A model generated the notes under the pieces. That model had not been told where the DNA came from. It saw only the letters and a list, made by a program, of their open reading frames with translations, and did no database searches. Below are positions 9,727 through 20,324 of a DNA stretch of 64,000 nt, one piece after another. The translations under genes and the position numbers were made by a program. The stretch lies in the IMG/VR virus record IMGVR_UViG_3300010938_000009, positions 32,001-96,000 of that record; one strand, given 5' to 3'. Source of the stretch: a virus. Every line of letters begins with the position of its first letter. Position 1 is the first letter of the stretch.

Positions 9727-10144
9727 CTCTACTACTAGTACTTAAATCAGTTACTTCTTCATATTCTACTTCAGGGTAAGGCATTATTATAAGTTGTCCT
9801 ATTCTATCTCCATATTGATATTCTAAGTGTTCTTTATTATCTTTGTAACTTAGTCTAAGTTTTATTTCACCTCTATAATCACTGTCAATTACTCCTATAG
9901 AATTAATTAAAGTATGACTAGTTTTGCTTATACTAGATCTAGGAAATACTAGTCCTACATATCCTTCAGGTATTTGTATAGCTAATCCTGTACCAAACTC
10001 TATGTATTCAAAGTCTAAGTTTTTATAACCATCTATACAGTATAAGTCATACCCTGCAGAACTTTCAGTACCTCTAGTTGGCGTAAAAGCGTTTTCTACT
10101 AGTTTTTTAAATTTAATTTTTAGTTTTGAGGAAGATTGCAGCAT
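9695..10144 (-). CDS. dut: Trimeric dUTPase
   Basis: SAGYDL, PRSS, GVIDSDYRGE, RIGQL, RGAGGFGHTG. Confidence 0.95.
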   Translation of the reverse strand: MLQSSSKLKIKFKKLVENAFTPTRGTESSAGYDLYCIDGYKNLDFEYIEFGTGLAIQIPEGYVGLVFPRSSISKTSHTLINSIGVIDSDYRGEIKLRLSYKDNKEHLEYQYGDRIGQLIIMPYPEVEYEEVTDLSTSSRGAGGFGHTGK

Positions 10145-10633
10145 TATCGTCTCTATTTGGTTGTACCATTTCTTTCATAACTAGAATAGCTTGTTCTAGT
10201 TGTTTATATTCACTACCTTTTTTAGTACCTAATTTTATATGTAGGTTAATACCTATTTTTATTAAGTATTCTCCAGTTACAGCAATTAAATTTCCTATAA
10301 CTATTGGAATATTAGCTATAAGGTTTTTCATTTTTTCCACCATCCCTTTATATCTTTTTTATCTTCTAATTCTTTACGTTCTTCTTTAAGTTTTTTAATT
10401 TCTTCATACATAAAAGCTACAGTTCTTTCGTACAACTTATTAGAGTCTTCTATACCAATAAACTCACTAGTAGCGGCTTTTATTTCATCGTTCTTATGTG
10501 CCATAGTATTTAAAAGTGCTACTTTAACTTGCATTTCACTCTCCGTCGCTATAATGTTCAATAATTTGTGCGCTACCCCATTTTTCTCTATTTTCGTTTT
10601 TATAATCGTCAATAGCTCCTGGCTCATTGGCAA
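10113..10633 (-). CDS. Two hypothetical proteins (10113-10343, 10328-10633)
   Basis: ORF track. Confidence 0.45.
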
Positions 10634-11465
10634 ATATTTTATCTGCCACTATAACAAATTCTCCGCTATTTTTAACGCTATTAATATGATTCTTTCTTAC
10701 TACAATTTTACTAATTATTCCAAAAGCTAACTGTTGTCCATCAACTATAGCTTTTAGTTCTTTTACTTTTTTTGTTTCTATTTGTAATGAGGATACGTAT
10801 TTTAGTTTTTTACCGCCTCTAGGTTTATTAGTTGCTTGGCCTCCAGGAAATTGAGCTGGTTCTACGTAAATTTGATTTAATACTACCATTCCAACATAAT
10901 GTGGAGCAGTATCATATCTAGTATCATTAATTTTATCAGACAAAATCATCAAATGTTCAGTTATTACTTTTGCATTTTGTTGATGTACGTTTTTTAGTTT
11001 AGTAGTTCCGTCTTTTTGATCCATTCTAGCTGCTCTACAATTAACGCTACCTAACGAATCAATAAATATTAATGTATCATAAGGTAGTTTTCCTCTATTT
11101 ACATCTGCTATAATTTTATCAGCAAACTCAAAAACATCTTCTATTGACTTACAAGAAAAATTCATAATAGCTTGTTTCTCGTCAAAACCCATTGCTGCGG
11201 CTCTTTCTTTTCTATATTTTTTTTCAATAATTATCATTACTGTAAATATTCCCTGTTGTTGAGCTTTTGCAGCAGCTTCTAGCATTAATGAGCTTTTTCC
11301 TGTATCAGAATCCCCGTAAATTTCAGTTATATCTCCTAACGCAAATCCTGGAAGTCCTAAACAACTTTGTAATTCTTCGTTAAGAATAACGTATTTTGGT
11401 TCTTTTTCTATTAATTCAGTTAATTGCAAACTATTTTTATAAGCTTCTAAATTAAATTTTGCCAT
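10536..11465 (-). CDS. recA: RecA/UvsX-like recombinase
   Basis: EIYGDSDTGKS Walker A, IFIDSLG Walker B, LNQ, PRGG.KLKY, KN. Confidence 0.85.
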   Translation of the reverse strand: MAKFNLEAYKNSLQLTELIEKEPKYVILNEELQSCLGLPGFALGDITEIYGDSDTGKSSLMLEAAAKAQQQGIFTVMIIIEKKYRKERAAAMGFDEKQAIMNFSCKSIEDVFEFADKIIADVNRGKLPYDTLIFIDSLGSVNCRAARMDQKDGTTKLKNVHQQNAKVITEHLMILSDKINDTRYDTAPHYVGMVVLNQIYVEPAQFPGGQATNKPRGGKKLKYVSSLQIETKKVKELKAIVDGQQLAFGIISKIVVRKNHINSVKNSGEFVIVADKIFANEPGAIDDYKNENREKWGSAQIIEHYSDGE

Positions 11466-12157
11466 TTCTATCCTTTATAAAACCTTCACAGATTTTAATA
11501 TAACCGTCTTCTAATTCGTCATTTATACTTGGCCCATAACATAAGTGGTGCCAACCAAAAGTCTTATCTACACGATCTTTAGAACTATAAGGTTCTATAT
11601 ATTTAATCCATTTTTTTACTAATTTAGTTAGTTCTTTATCTAGTTTAGAGTTTATTTGTACTTTACGAACGTCTATTTCTTTATTCGGCGGCAAATAGAA
11701 ATTATCTTTACTATATAAAGCCTTATTCATTGGATAAGCTTTATGTAATAACCACCAATATAACCTAGTATAAGGACAATTCTCTCTAGACTTTGCCTCA
11801 AACTTCTTAAGAGTTCCTATCTTGAATAACATTAATTACTCCTGCTAAAGTACGTTTAAGTCTAGGAGTAGCATTTTCTAAGTTCCTGATTAACTCATTA
11901 ATATCTACTGCATCAGTTCTACCTGTACTACGTCTAATCCTATTACTAGCTCTTAAAGCTCCGTAAACGGACTGTAATCTATAACCTAGTCTTCTATAGT
12001 ACTTATTATCAGATTCTACAAGGAACCTGACTAGTTGGTTCACAGTTACTGTTCTATGATTATTAGTTGAATCACCTATATAACCTTTAATACTATTATT
12101 ACCTACAGTACTTACTACTGTACTTACGTTATTTACAAATGTATTTACTACTGACAT
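11452..12157 (-). CDS. Two hypothetical proteins (11452-11832, 11807-12157)
   Basis: ORF track. Confidence 0.5.
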
Positions 12158-12166
12158 ACTTACTCC

Positions 12167-12751
12167 TTATAATTTATCTGCGTACATATCAAACAATGAC
12201 CTTCTAAGCCTATGTTGTGGTGTAATACCTATAGCAGCTAGAGTCTTTTCACCTTCTTTTAGCACGTCTTTAACGGTTATACCTAGTTCAGTTACTTTCT
12301 CTTTATTAACTTCTACTTCTATAAATCTACCTACTTCTTTCATATTCTTATCATAAACAGTATAATATACATAATTCAAATTATCAAGAAAATAAATGAA
12401 ACAAGACTTAAATATTCTAAAGTTTTCTTTCATACCTTCAAAGTCTAGAAAGTCCTTTATAGCCTTTTCAGTTATCTTTTTAGGGTCTAGTGGTAGATCA
12501 GCTTCTACTCGTTCCCATACAGATTCTTTTAGTCGTCTTTTTTTAGTTAGTTCTGGAGTTTCGTCGCTTTTTCTATACCTAGCAAAGAAATCTCTACGTT
12601 CATTTAGTGTGTAATACACATCCCATGAACTACGTTCTAAGCGTTTAATAGTACTTAGTTTAGCCATTAGAGCTTCAAAATCTTGAAGTTTAATGTCTGT
12701 GGCATCATATTTAAATTCTAACTCTAATGGTTCGTTATTAACATTTTCCAT
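12167..12751 (-). CDS. CYTH-domain (class IV adenylyl cyclase/triphosphate tunnel) protein
   Basis: N-terminal ELEFK (ExExK), D.YY, R.R, LTKK, R.E, FIEVE. Confidence 0.8.
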   Translation of the reverse strand: MENVNNEPLELEFKYDATDIKLQDFEALMAKLSTIKRLERSSWDVYYTLNERRDFFARYRKSDETPELTKKRRLKESVWERVEADLPLDPKKITEKAIKDFLDFEGMKENFRIFKSCFIYFLDNLNYVYYTVYDKNMKEVGRFIEVEVNKEKVTELGITVKDVLKEGEKTLAAIGITPQHRLRRSLFDMYADKL

Positions 12752-12781
12752 AATATTTTTAGTTTATACCTCATTATCATA

Positions 12782-12810
12782 AGTATAAACTGTTATTTTA
12801 TTATTGTCAA
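12782..12810 (-). promoter_or_regulatory. Sigma70 promoter
   Basis: TTGACA-17 nt-TATACT, intergenic. Confidence 0.75.
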
Positions 12811-12824
12811 GTATTATTTTCATT

Positions 12825-15800
12825 TTATTTACTTTCTGCCCAATTATCTGAAATTACGGGTTCAGCTTTTAAGGGTACGCTGATTTTAATAGTATTTTCC
12901 ATAGTTTCTTTCATAATTTTACTGGCTATTTCGGATTGGTCTTCCCTTACTATACAAGTAACTTCATCGTGAACCATAAGTAAAATATCTGCGTCGATAT
13001 TATTAGCTTTAAAAGCTTTTGTTAAAGCTATCATAGATCTATTTATTATAGTTGCAGCTAAGCCTTGAATTTTAAAATTTTTAGCATTATTTAGAAGATT
13101 TTTATACTCTCTTCTTACCTTTTCTAGACCTTTTTTAGCTGCCCATTTATAATCTAAAATCTCACTATCATTATACATTGCTGCAGTTAATCTAGCTTGT
13201 TTTAAATGTCTTACTCTACCAAATTCCGTTTTTACAAAACCATATTTTTTAGCTTCATAATTACATTGATTCATATATTTTTTTAAATTAGGGTAAGCTT
13301 CTAAATAATCATTAATAATTCTATGAGCTTCTTGCCAAGATACGTTCAGTATATCCTTCACTCTTGAAGCTTCAGCACCATAAACTACTGCTAAGCAAAA
13401 AGCCTTACTTTTTTGTCTAGCTTCTTTTTCATGTAAACCTAGATAATTAGGATCTTTTTTATTAGCGCTATAATCACTTAAATTAAAAACATCAATAGCA
13501 ATACGACTATATAGGTCTTCTCCATTTCTAAACACATTTCTGAGAGACTCATCGCCTGAAACATGAGCAAAACATATCGGTTCCAGACTATTATAATCGG
13601 CATTAAGTATTTTATAACCTTCTGGAGCTATAAAACCTTTTCTAATTTGATTAGAATATTTTAAAACTATTTCAGATATGCCAGAATCTTCGTCTTTTAT
13701 TCGAGGTAAATTTTGACAGTTACCTGTTATGAAGGTATCTGAACCTCTACGAGCTATAAACATAGAACTAGGAACAGAAACACACCAAACCTTTTCACTA
13801 GAGATCTCTGAATTTATTTCAGCATTTGCTGTTAAAGAGAAATTTCTTTTAGTTATTTGTAACTCATAATTATTATTATTAGCTATTGTTTTATAAATTC
13901 TTTTGTGTGCTCGCCAACCTTCCATAACACACAAGGCTTGTATTAAATCGACATTTAATTCTTCATTAGAACTATAGTTACATTTTCTAGTACTAAGATC
14001 ATCCCATTCAAATATCTCTTTTAATACTGTCTTTCTTTCTTCTGAACCTAAAGTTACCCAATTATTAGGAAATATTTTTTCATAACCAATAATATTAATG
14101 ATAGCGTCTTTACAACCACTAACTAAAATTTCATACATACCATTTTTAGATTTATCTTCTACTAAGAATTTAAAATTATTTAAAATCTCAAGTAACCTAT
14201 TATATTTTCTTTTTTTATAAAATCTAAATCTTATTTTAGAAGAATCTTTTCTTATTTCTGAATCCGCTTGACACGCTACTACAAACCTTAACCAATTTAA
14301 ATCATAACCTTGAGGAATTGTTAAAGTGTGTATTCCATGATAAATTCTAGCATCTTTTGGAAAATTTTTTGCAGGTTTTTCGCACATTTTATTGTTATTA
14401 TGTCTATCAAAGTAGATAATTCTATGATTATCTGTCAGTCTCATATTAAGGTGTTGATTTTTAATAGTAATAATAGTTTTATTATTATTTTCTGATAAAT
14501 AAATATTATCTGGTGTTTCAAAAATTATTTTATCACCATCAAAACTAGCTATTTCGGTATATTTATTTATTTCGTTATATTTTTTAAAACCTTTATTCGT
14601 AAGAATTTCTGTATCCAAACTCAAACAATTTGGATTCCTACTACTATATCTACCTGAAGTAGTACCAAATTGTAGCATACTCGCATAAATATAACCATCT
14701 ATTTGTCTTTCTAAAATACCTTCTACATAAGTTGATAATAGTTTATTAAGTTTCTTATAATCTAATAATTTCTTTATAGCACTTTTACGTTTAGCTACTA
14801 ATTCTAGGAAATCATCGTCAATTTTAGGTTTACCTGTTTCAGTTTTCTCTTGAGGATTTAACTTCCATACCTTACATATCAAGTATGCTAAGTGATCATT
14901 ACTAGACAAATTAAACACGTACTTTCTATTCTGATCAGCTAACAGCATATTTCGTTGTACAGCCTGTAATATAGAATCTGCTAGTTTATAAGGACTATTA
15001 CTTATTATACTATCGTAAAAGTCTGAGTGAATAGGAGTTAGTTCTTTTTGTTTCTCTATAGCTTTCTTAGCTAGAGTTACTTTACCTGTCTTAACACTTA
15101 CTGGTAAAGGTATATTAAGATGTTCTGCTAGTTTTACTGGAAATAAACCACTAGTTTTGATAGGATAGTCCTTATCTAGTAACTCTTGTTCAAAATTAGC
15201 TACTAGAGGTTTAATTTCTTGCATTATTTCAGTTTCCAGTTTAAGTATTTCTTGAGTAATTTCAGTTTTTAGGTTATTAAAGTGATCTAAGTCTATTTTA
15301 AAACCTTTACGTTTCATATTAATAGTAACGTGCTTATATAAAGGCATTACCTCATCCACGTAAAATAGGTTTACTAGGTCTTCTTCTATAAGTCTTGACT
15401 CATATATATTAAATAACATTATGGTTAAAATAACGTCATGACAACAATATTCTGATAGGATTTCTGTGTCGGCCAAATGTATGTCTTTTTGAGTCTTGAC
15501 GAATTTTCCGCCGTTAGCTAATACGTTTTCTTTTAGTTTATCTTGAGCTTTATCGGCCCAATCTCCTAGCTCTTTAGTAGCTATTTCTTTTAGAGCAAAG
15601 GGAGGTTCTTCTTCTAAAGTATGTTTTTGTAGGATAGTATCTGAATAAATATAGTCTGTTAAGTTTATACCTAAATTATTCTCTATAACTAGAATATCAT
15701 ATATAATGTTGTGACCAATAAGTCTAAATTTAGAACAGGTATCTTCAAGCCATTGACTTATAGTTATTTGTTGTTCTTTAGTCCAAGTTTCTGAACCATC

Positions 15801-16004
15801 TTTATTGCGCCACACAATATAGAAAGCCTTCTTTTCATTAAAGCATAAACCTATACCGTATAATAAGGCTATCTTCTCTATTTCAGAATTAGATTCTACA
15901 TCTAATACTATATTTTGAGAATTTACTTGATTAGTGTATCTTACTAATTTATTAAAGTCTTCTATATTTGAAATGGTGTAAGTACTAAATTCTGGTTTAA
16001 TCAT
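12825..16004 (-). CDS. polA: Family A DNA polymerase with 3'-5' exonuclease domain, intein-containing
   Basis: LDVE, GHN..YD, TTSGRYSS.NPN/QNLP, ADYNSLE, K.FCLAVVYG, QG.AA, VHDE. Confidence 0.93.
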   Translation of the reverse strand: MIKPEFSTYTISNIEDFNKLVRYTNQVNSQNIVLDVESNSEIEKIALLYGIGLCFNEKKAFYIVWRNKDGSETWTKEQQITISQWLEDTCSKFRLIGHNIIYDILVIENNLGINLTDYIYSDTILQKHTLEEEPPFALKEIATKELGDWADKAQDKLKENVLANGGKFVKTQKDIHLADTEILSEYCCHDVILTIMLFNIYESRLIEEDLVNLFYVDEVMPLYKHVTINMKRKGFKIDLDHFNNLKTEITQEILKLETEIMQEIKPLVANFEQELLDKDYPIKTSGLFPVKLAEHLNIPLPVSVKTGKVTLAKKAIEKQKELTPIHSDFYDSIISNSPYKLADSILQAVQRNMLLADQNRKYVFNLSSNDHLAYLICKVWKLNPQEKTETGKPKIDDDFLELVAKRKSAIKKLLDYKKLNKLLSTYVEGILERQIDGYIYASMLQFGTTSGRYSSRNPNCLSLDTEILTNKGFKKYNEINKYTEIASFDGDKIIFETPDNIYLSENNNKTIITIKNQHLNMRLTDNHRIIYFDRHNNNKMCEKPAKNFPKDARIYHGIHTLTIPQGYDLNWLRFVVACQADSEIRKDSSKIRFRFYKKRKYNRLLEILNNFKFLVEDKSKNGMYEILVSGCKDAIINIIGYEKIFPNNWVTLGSEERKTVLKEIFEWDDLSTRKCNYSSNEELNVDLIQALCVMEGWRAHKRIYKTIANNNNYELQITKRNFSLTANAEINSEISSEKVWCVSVPSSMFIARRGSDTFITGNCQNLPRIKDEDSGISEIVLKYSNQIRKGFIAPEGYKILNADYNSLEPICFAHVSGDESLRNVFRNGEDLYSRIAIDVFNLSDYSANKKDPNYLGLHEKEARQKSKAFCLAVVYGAEASRVKDILNVSWQEAHRIINDYLEAYPNLKKYMNQCNYEAKKYGFVKTEFGRVRHLKQARLTAAMYNDSEILDYKWAAKKGLEKVRREYKNLLNNAKNFKIQGLAATIINRSMIALTKAFKANNIDADILLMVHDEVTCIVREDQSEIASKIMKETMENTIKISVPLKAEPVISDNWAESK
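13719..14627 (-). mobile_element. Intein (303 aa) in PolA, degenerate-looking LAGLIDADG region
   Basis: NPN|CLSLDTEILT...TDNHR...VWCVSVP...FITGN|CQNLP; removal restores SSRNPNCQNLP. Confidence 0.9.
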
Positions 16005-16011
16005 ACTTATA

Positions 16012-17058
16012 TTATACTATACTTTTATTTAGTTTGTCAATAGCTTCTGCAAATATTTCTGTATCTAATCCTAATGAAATTCTAGCTCTAGTTTTATCTC
16101 CAAAATAAACTCCGTCTATAATATTAACTTTAGCTTTTTCAGTAGCTTTAATAAAATTTTTACCTTTCTTTAAAAAGGCGAACATACCATTAGGTTTAAT
16201 ATCATTAGGGTCTAATATCGACTTATCAATTTGTTTTAACTTATTAATATTGACTCCTAGTTTATTTTTACATTGATTATGAAAGTAGGTTTCAGCGTTA
16301 GGATTATTATAGAAGAATACTTCTATATCGTATAATATCTTTTGAGAGAAATCACTTGTACCCATTGTAGTAATTTCTAAGTATTCCGACATCTTAGTAG
16401 CTAGTTCCTCTGACTCACAAATTGCATAACCTATTCTTAAGCCTGATAATCCGAACTTTTTACTACAGGATACTAAATGTATATTACCTTTAACTTCTAG
16501 TTTATGATTAGGTAGATATTGTTGACAATAGTAAGCCCCATCAAATATGATAGGTTTATCTGAAGTATAACTTATATAATCTATATTACTATCAGGGTTA
16601 TTAGGAGCTGTAATTAAGCTAAAGTCTGCGGTAGCTTCTTTATGTACCATCTTACAACCTTCTTTATTAATAAGTACAGGAAATGATAGCCAATAAGGTT
16701 TAGGTACGTATATGTTAGCCTTCTTATCGTCTCTTAAAGCATATATAGCGGCTGATAAGCCTTGTTTAGCCCCGTTAGTAATAACTACAGGCTTCTGGTA
16801 TTTAAAGCTTAGAAATTGCTTTAATTCATCTGTACCTGCTGCTGGAGGGTATTTAGAGTTCCTAGGGTCAAATCTATAGTTTAGAGTTTCTCCAAATGTA
16901 GTTAAAGTCTTCTCTAAGGCTCTCTTAATTATATCAGGTTCGCCTATAGTTAAATTTATAGTACCTTCTGGTAAGGGATTTCTAGCTAATACTAGATCAT
17001 TTTTTAGATATTTTACCATTACTGTATGCCGAGTTGTTTTTGCCGGATTTAATTTCAT
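16012..17058 (-). CDS. PLP-dependent aminotransferase class I/II
   Basis: GEPD, NGAKQG, PNNP, DGAY, SCSKKFGLSGLRIG, RIS. Confidence 0.85.
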   Translation of the reverse strand: MKLNPAKTTRHTVMVKYLKNDLVLARNPLPEGTINLTIGEPDIIKRALEKTLTTFGETLNYRFDPRNSKYPPAAGTDELKQFLSFKYQKPVVITNGAKQGLSAAIYALRDDKKANIYVPKPYWLSFPVLINKEGCKMVHKEATADFSLITAPNNPDSNIDYISYTSDKPIIFDGAYYCQQYLPNHKLEVKGNIHLVSCSKKFGLSGLRIGYAICESEELATKMSEYLEITTMGTSDFSQKILYDIEVFFYNNPNAETYFHNQCKNKLGVNINKLKQIDKSILDPNDIKPNGMFAFLKKGKNFIKATEKAKVNIIDGVYFGDKTRARISLGLDTEIFAEAIDKLNKSIV

Positions 17059-17371
17059 CTAAACTCTTTTTAATCTTAGTACTAGAAGAATTAGATATTT
17101 TAGCTTCTAGCATAAATAACTCTAAATGTCTATGTAATCTTTTAATTTCTTCTTCTCCTAAAATAGTACAATCAAAATGGTTATTGTTTGGTTCTAATTT
17201 AAATAGGTATTTTATAGCATTTTTCAATCTATCAAAAAATCCTAAGTGTTGATTTAAATATGATTCAATAATTATTTCTTTGTATTCTTTGTCTGAAGAA
17301 ATTCTTAAAATATGCGACATATCGCAATCAATACATTCAAAGTATTCTGGTTTATTATTCTTTGGACTCAT
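16997..17371 (-). CDS. Hypothetical protein
   Basis: ORF track. Confidence 0.5.
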   Translation of the reverse strand: MSPKNNKPEYFECIDCDMSHILRISSDKEYKEIIIESYLNQHLGFFDRLKNAIKYLFKLEPNNNHFDCTILGEEEIKRLHRHLELFMLEAKISNSSSTKIKKSLDEIKSGKNNSAYSNGKISKK

Positions 17372-18164
17372 TTTTTACCTCTATTAATTTCTGTAGTTCT
17401 ACTGGAGTATCGTCTACTATTAAGTTTTCGTCTACCTCTTCTTGTTTATATTCATTTATAACTATATTTGCTAATTTATTTTGACCTATTCTAGCTAATA
17501 ACTTATTAGTTAGGTTGGTCATTGTTTTTTTATCTACGGGTTTACTTAAATGTGTATCTCTAACTTTTCTAAAGTTACCTCGTTTTTTAGGTTCTATAAT
17601 TTTATCTGCTAAACCTAAAGTTATACATTCTTTAGCTGTCAAATATAAATCTCTTTGACAAACTTCTTTCCAAAATTCTTTTGGCATATGGCTATTTTCT
17701 GAATAGATTTTGTATAATACTTCCATTAATCTCTTTGACTCATCTGCTTGAATATGCACATCTGTATAATTGCCTTCTATTCCTTCCCAACCATTATGAA
17801 CCATAACTGTTGAATGAGGGTACAAATACCTTTCATCGCAAGCCGCCATAACCCAAGTAGCTGCACTCATAATAGCTCCACCGCCAAAAAACTTAATTTG
17901 ACAGGTAGAAGCTAGTATAAAATCATGTAGGTATAACATAGCATAAGGATCTCCACCATAAGAATTCATGTGTATTTCTATAGGTTTCTTAGGGTGATCT
18001 GCTATCATCTTACCCATAGCTCTTATAACGTGACTTACAGAATCTATAGTAAAATCTGAATGAGAACTATGACTAGAGTCAATAGGTACTCCAAAATAGA
18101 TTTTTCTATTCTTCTCATCTACGCCATAAACTACAAAGCTTTCTAATTCTATTCTAGTTGACAT
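17355..18164 (-). CDS. clpP: ClpP-like protease
   Basis: MNSYGGD, IMSAA (Ser), VMVH (His), RDLYLTA.E....GLADKI. Confidence 0.85.
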   Translation of the reverse strand: MSTRIELESFVVYGVDEKNRKIYFGVPIDSSHSSHSDFTIDSVSHVIRAMGKMIADHPKKPIEIHMNSYGGDPYAMLYLHDFILASTCQIKFFGGGAIMSAATWVMAACDERYLYPHSTVMVHNGWEGIEGNYTDVHIQADESKRLMEVLYKIYSENSHMPKEFWKEVCQRDLYLTAKECITLGLADKIIEPKKRGNFRKVRDTHLSKPVDKKTMTNLTNKLLARIGQNKLANIVINEYKQEEVDENLIVDDTPVELQKLIEVKNESKE

Positions 18165-18176
18165 TAATTATCCTAA

Positions 18177-18734
18177 CTATTTTAGTAAAGAACTCATAGC
18201 ATAAAATACTTTAGCAGTAAGTTCTGTATCAAATTTAGCTCCATGTAAATCATCTTTATTAAAAGGTATTTTTAAAACTTCAGCTAGTCTACTCAAACTA
18301 ACTTTATCTGTTTTGATAATACCTACAGATTGTAGGAATAATCCTATTGTAGCTGTATCAAGTACTTTATAAGAGAATAAATTATTAAAACCATCAATAC
18401 TATTGATATCAAATCTAGTCTTTATAAAGTTTATATCAAAATTAACATTATGACCACATATAACAGTATCTCTAGGTAAATCTAGAGCATAATCTACAAA
18501 CTCACATAACATTTGTTGTTCTTGTTTATCTTTACCTGCTAGTAATAGAGTTTTAATTTTTTGTTTATTAACTACTAAAGCTCCTAAATTAACTTTAGTA
18601 TTAGGACTAAAACCTTTAGAATGAAACTCTGATTGTATAGCTCCATTACTATAAAACTTACCTGAAATTTCTATAATAGAATTTATACTAGGATCTAGTC
18701 CTACAGTTTCTATATCTAAGAATAATATGTTCAT
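18177..18734 (-). CDS. DEDDh 3'-5' exonuclease (DnaQ-like)
   Basis: LDIET.G, GHNVNFD, DT, HGAKFD. Confidence 0.88.
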   Translation of the reverse strand: MNILFLDIETVGLDPSINSIIEISGKFYSNGAIQSEFHSKGFSPNTKVNLGALVVNKQKIKTLLLAGKDKQEQQMLCEFVDYALDLPRDTVICGHNVNFDINFIKTRFDINSIDGFNNLFSYKVLDTATIGLFLQSVGIIKTDKVSLSRLAEVLKIPFNKDDLHGAKFDTELTAKVFYAMSSLLK

Positions 18735-19042
18735 TTTTTACTCCGTCTGTCCATACATTTTGAATAAGAATTTAAAGCTCTATCTTTAGCTAATTCTTTA
18801 CCAATTTTATAATTAAAATTATCATCTGGTGAACAAAGAGCCGTACCTGAAAACATCTCTCCATCTCGAAGTATTACACAAATAGTATGACCAGTTTTAC
18901 TACCATCTATATTTCTTGGATAAATGTAAAATTCTTTACTTCTGTCCACTATCTTCTCCTTTTTTGAGAAATTGCATAAGATATCTGTAAATTTTGAAAG
19001 TATTCCTCGCATCATATTTAGCATCGTGTTTTCTCCCTTCAA
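18731..19042 (-). CDS. Hypothetical phage protein (CS.DD.FN...GK.LA..RA)
   Basis: Recognisable small phage motif. Confidence 0.55.
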   Translation of the reverse strand: MKGENTMLNMMRGILSKFTDILCNFSKKEKIVDRSKEFYIYPRNIDGSKTGHTICVILRDGEMFSGTALCSPDDNFNYKIGKELAKDRALNSYSKCMDRRSKK

Positions 19043-19568
19043 AAGTTAATCCTAACCTATTCATAGATTTGGATAATCCTGACTGTAATTTTAATTCGTT
19101 TACTAAACAATAAGTTTGAAATAACTTTTTAGCATCAAAAAAACTTCTACCAAATACGTAATCTTTTTTGTCTATACCAAGTTGTTTTAATAAAGTTTCT
19201 GTATCCCCACAACCCCAAGTTATAGGATTATGAAAACAATTATGTCTTTTCTTAAAATCTAATAAAACTTTATGGGCATTTTCTAGCTCTATTCCATTAT
19301 CAACTTGATCTTGAGTTATACCCGTTAGGTTTATTATATATTCTGATAATTGTTCTTTAGGGTTTATATACATAGAGAGTTCTTCCTTGATCTCTCCTGT
19401 ATATAAATCTGCCGCAATGATTCCTACTTGAATAATGCGGTTTGATGGTTGATTCATCTCTAAATCTAAAGTCATTATATTTCTATATTTTATCACTTGT
19501 ATCTTTCTATTGAGATTCAAAAATCCTAAAGTCTGGATGTTTTTCTTCTTTTCTATCTTTATTTTCAA
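18936..19568 (-). CDS. DEDDh exonuclease (ERI-1/KapD-like); true start probably at MTLDLE
   Basis: LDLEMNQ, LTGITQ, TWG..D, FEGRKHDAKYDARNT. Confidence 0.85.
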   Translation of the reverse strand: MKIKIEKKKNIQTLGFLNLNRKIQVIKYRNIMTLDLEMNQPSNRIIQVGIIAADLYTGEIKEELSMYINPKEQLSEYIINLTGITQDQVDNGIELENAHKVLLDFKKRHNCFHNPITWGCGDTETLLKQLGIDKKDYVFGRSFFDAKKLFQTYCLVNELKLQSGLSKSMNRLGLTFEGRKHDAKYDARNTFKIYRYLMQFLKKGEDSGQK

Positions 19569-19857
19569 AAGCTACTAATTTTACTTTATCACCTTCTGTA
19601 GAAGCTTCAATTAAATTAATTAGTTTTTCTCTGTCAATACTAATAGATAAAAATCTATTACCATTCTTAGAAGACCTATCCCACACAGCTCCAATATTCT
19701 GCTTCAATCCGCCCGAACCTCCACCATTTCCGCCTCTATTATAATTTCTGCCTTCTGCTCCGCCACCTACAGTTCCTCTGCCAACTACTCCGCCTCCAGT
19801 TGAACTACCTTTATCAAAACCTGATCCAAAAGTGGATCTCTTAAAATTATCTGACAT
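19507..19857 (-). CDS. DUF736-like putative ssDNA-binding protein with Gly-rich N-terminus
   Basis: IGAVW..SSKNG.RFLSI...F.NK.....HPDFRI. Confidence 0.6.
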   Translation of the reverse strand: MSDNFKRSTFGSGFDKGSSTGGGVVGRGTVGGGAEGRNYNRGGNGGGSGGLKQNIGAVWDRSSKNGNRFLSISIDREKLINLIEASTEGDKVKLVAFENKDRKEEKHPDFRIFESQ

Positions 19858-19859
19858 AT

Positions 19860-20324
19860 TTACTCCTTTTGTAACATTTTTACAGATTTCTTAATATTAT
19901 TAAACAAAACTTTTGCTTTGTCAACTTGAATAAATCTTTCTCCAAACCTAACATATTTATTAGGTACTATATTTATAGGGCTATTAGCTAAATCATCACT
20001 AGTTACACACAGATAGCTAGTTTGATCACTATTAAACATAATATACAAAGTAGGTTTATCTAGTTCAGTATATTTTAGTTTTCTTTCTGGAAAATTTACC
20101 GATTGATACGGAAAATCTGGACCAGACCAAACCTTTTTAATTTCTACTTCTGCGTAAAATTGATGTTTTCCATTTTTAAACACTAATAAATCTACTTTTC
20201 TCTTTTTCTCATTTTCTACAACTTCATAACATTTGCCTAGTGTAGCTAATAAGTTAGCTACCATTTCTTTTGCTATTCTGTCATTTTCTGCATAAAGCTT
20301 TGGATCAAAGGGTTTTTTTATCAT
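19860..20324 (-). CDS. PD-(D/E)XK nuclease-like protein
   Basis: VDLL....YAEVEIK..W. Confidence 0.6.
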   Translation of the reverse strand: MIKKPFDPKLYAENDRIAKEMVANLLATLGKCYEVVENEKKRKVDLLVFKNGKHQFYAEVEIKKVWSGPDFPYQSVNFPERKLKYTELDKPTLYIMFNSDQTSYLCVTSDDLANSPINIVPNKYVRFGERFIQVDKAKVLFNNIKKSVKMLQKE

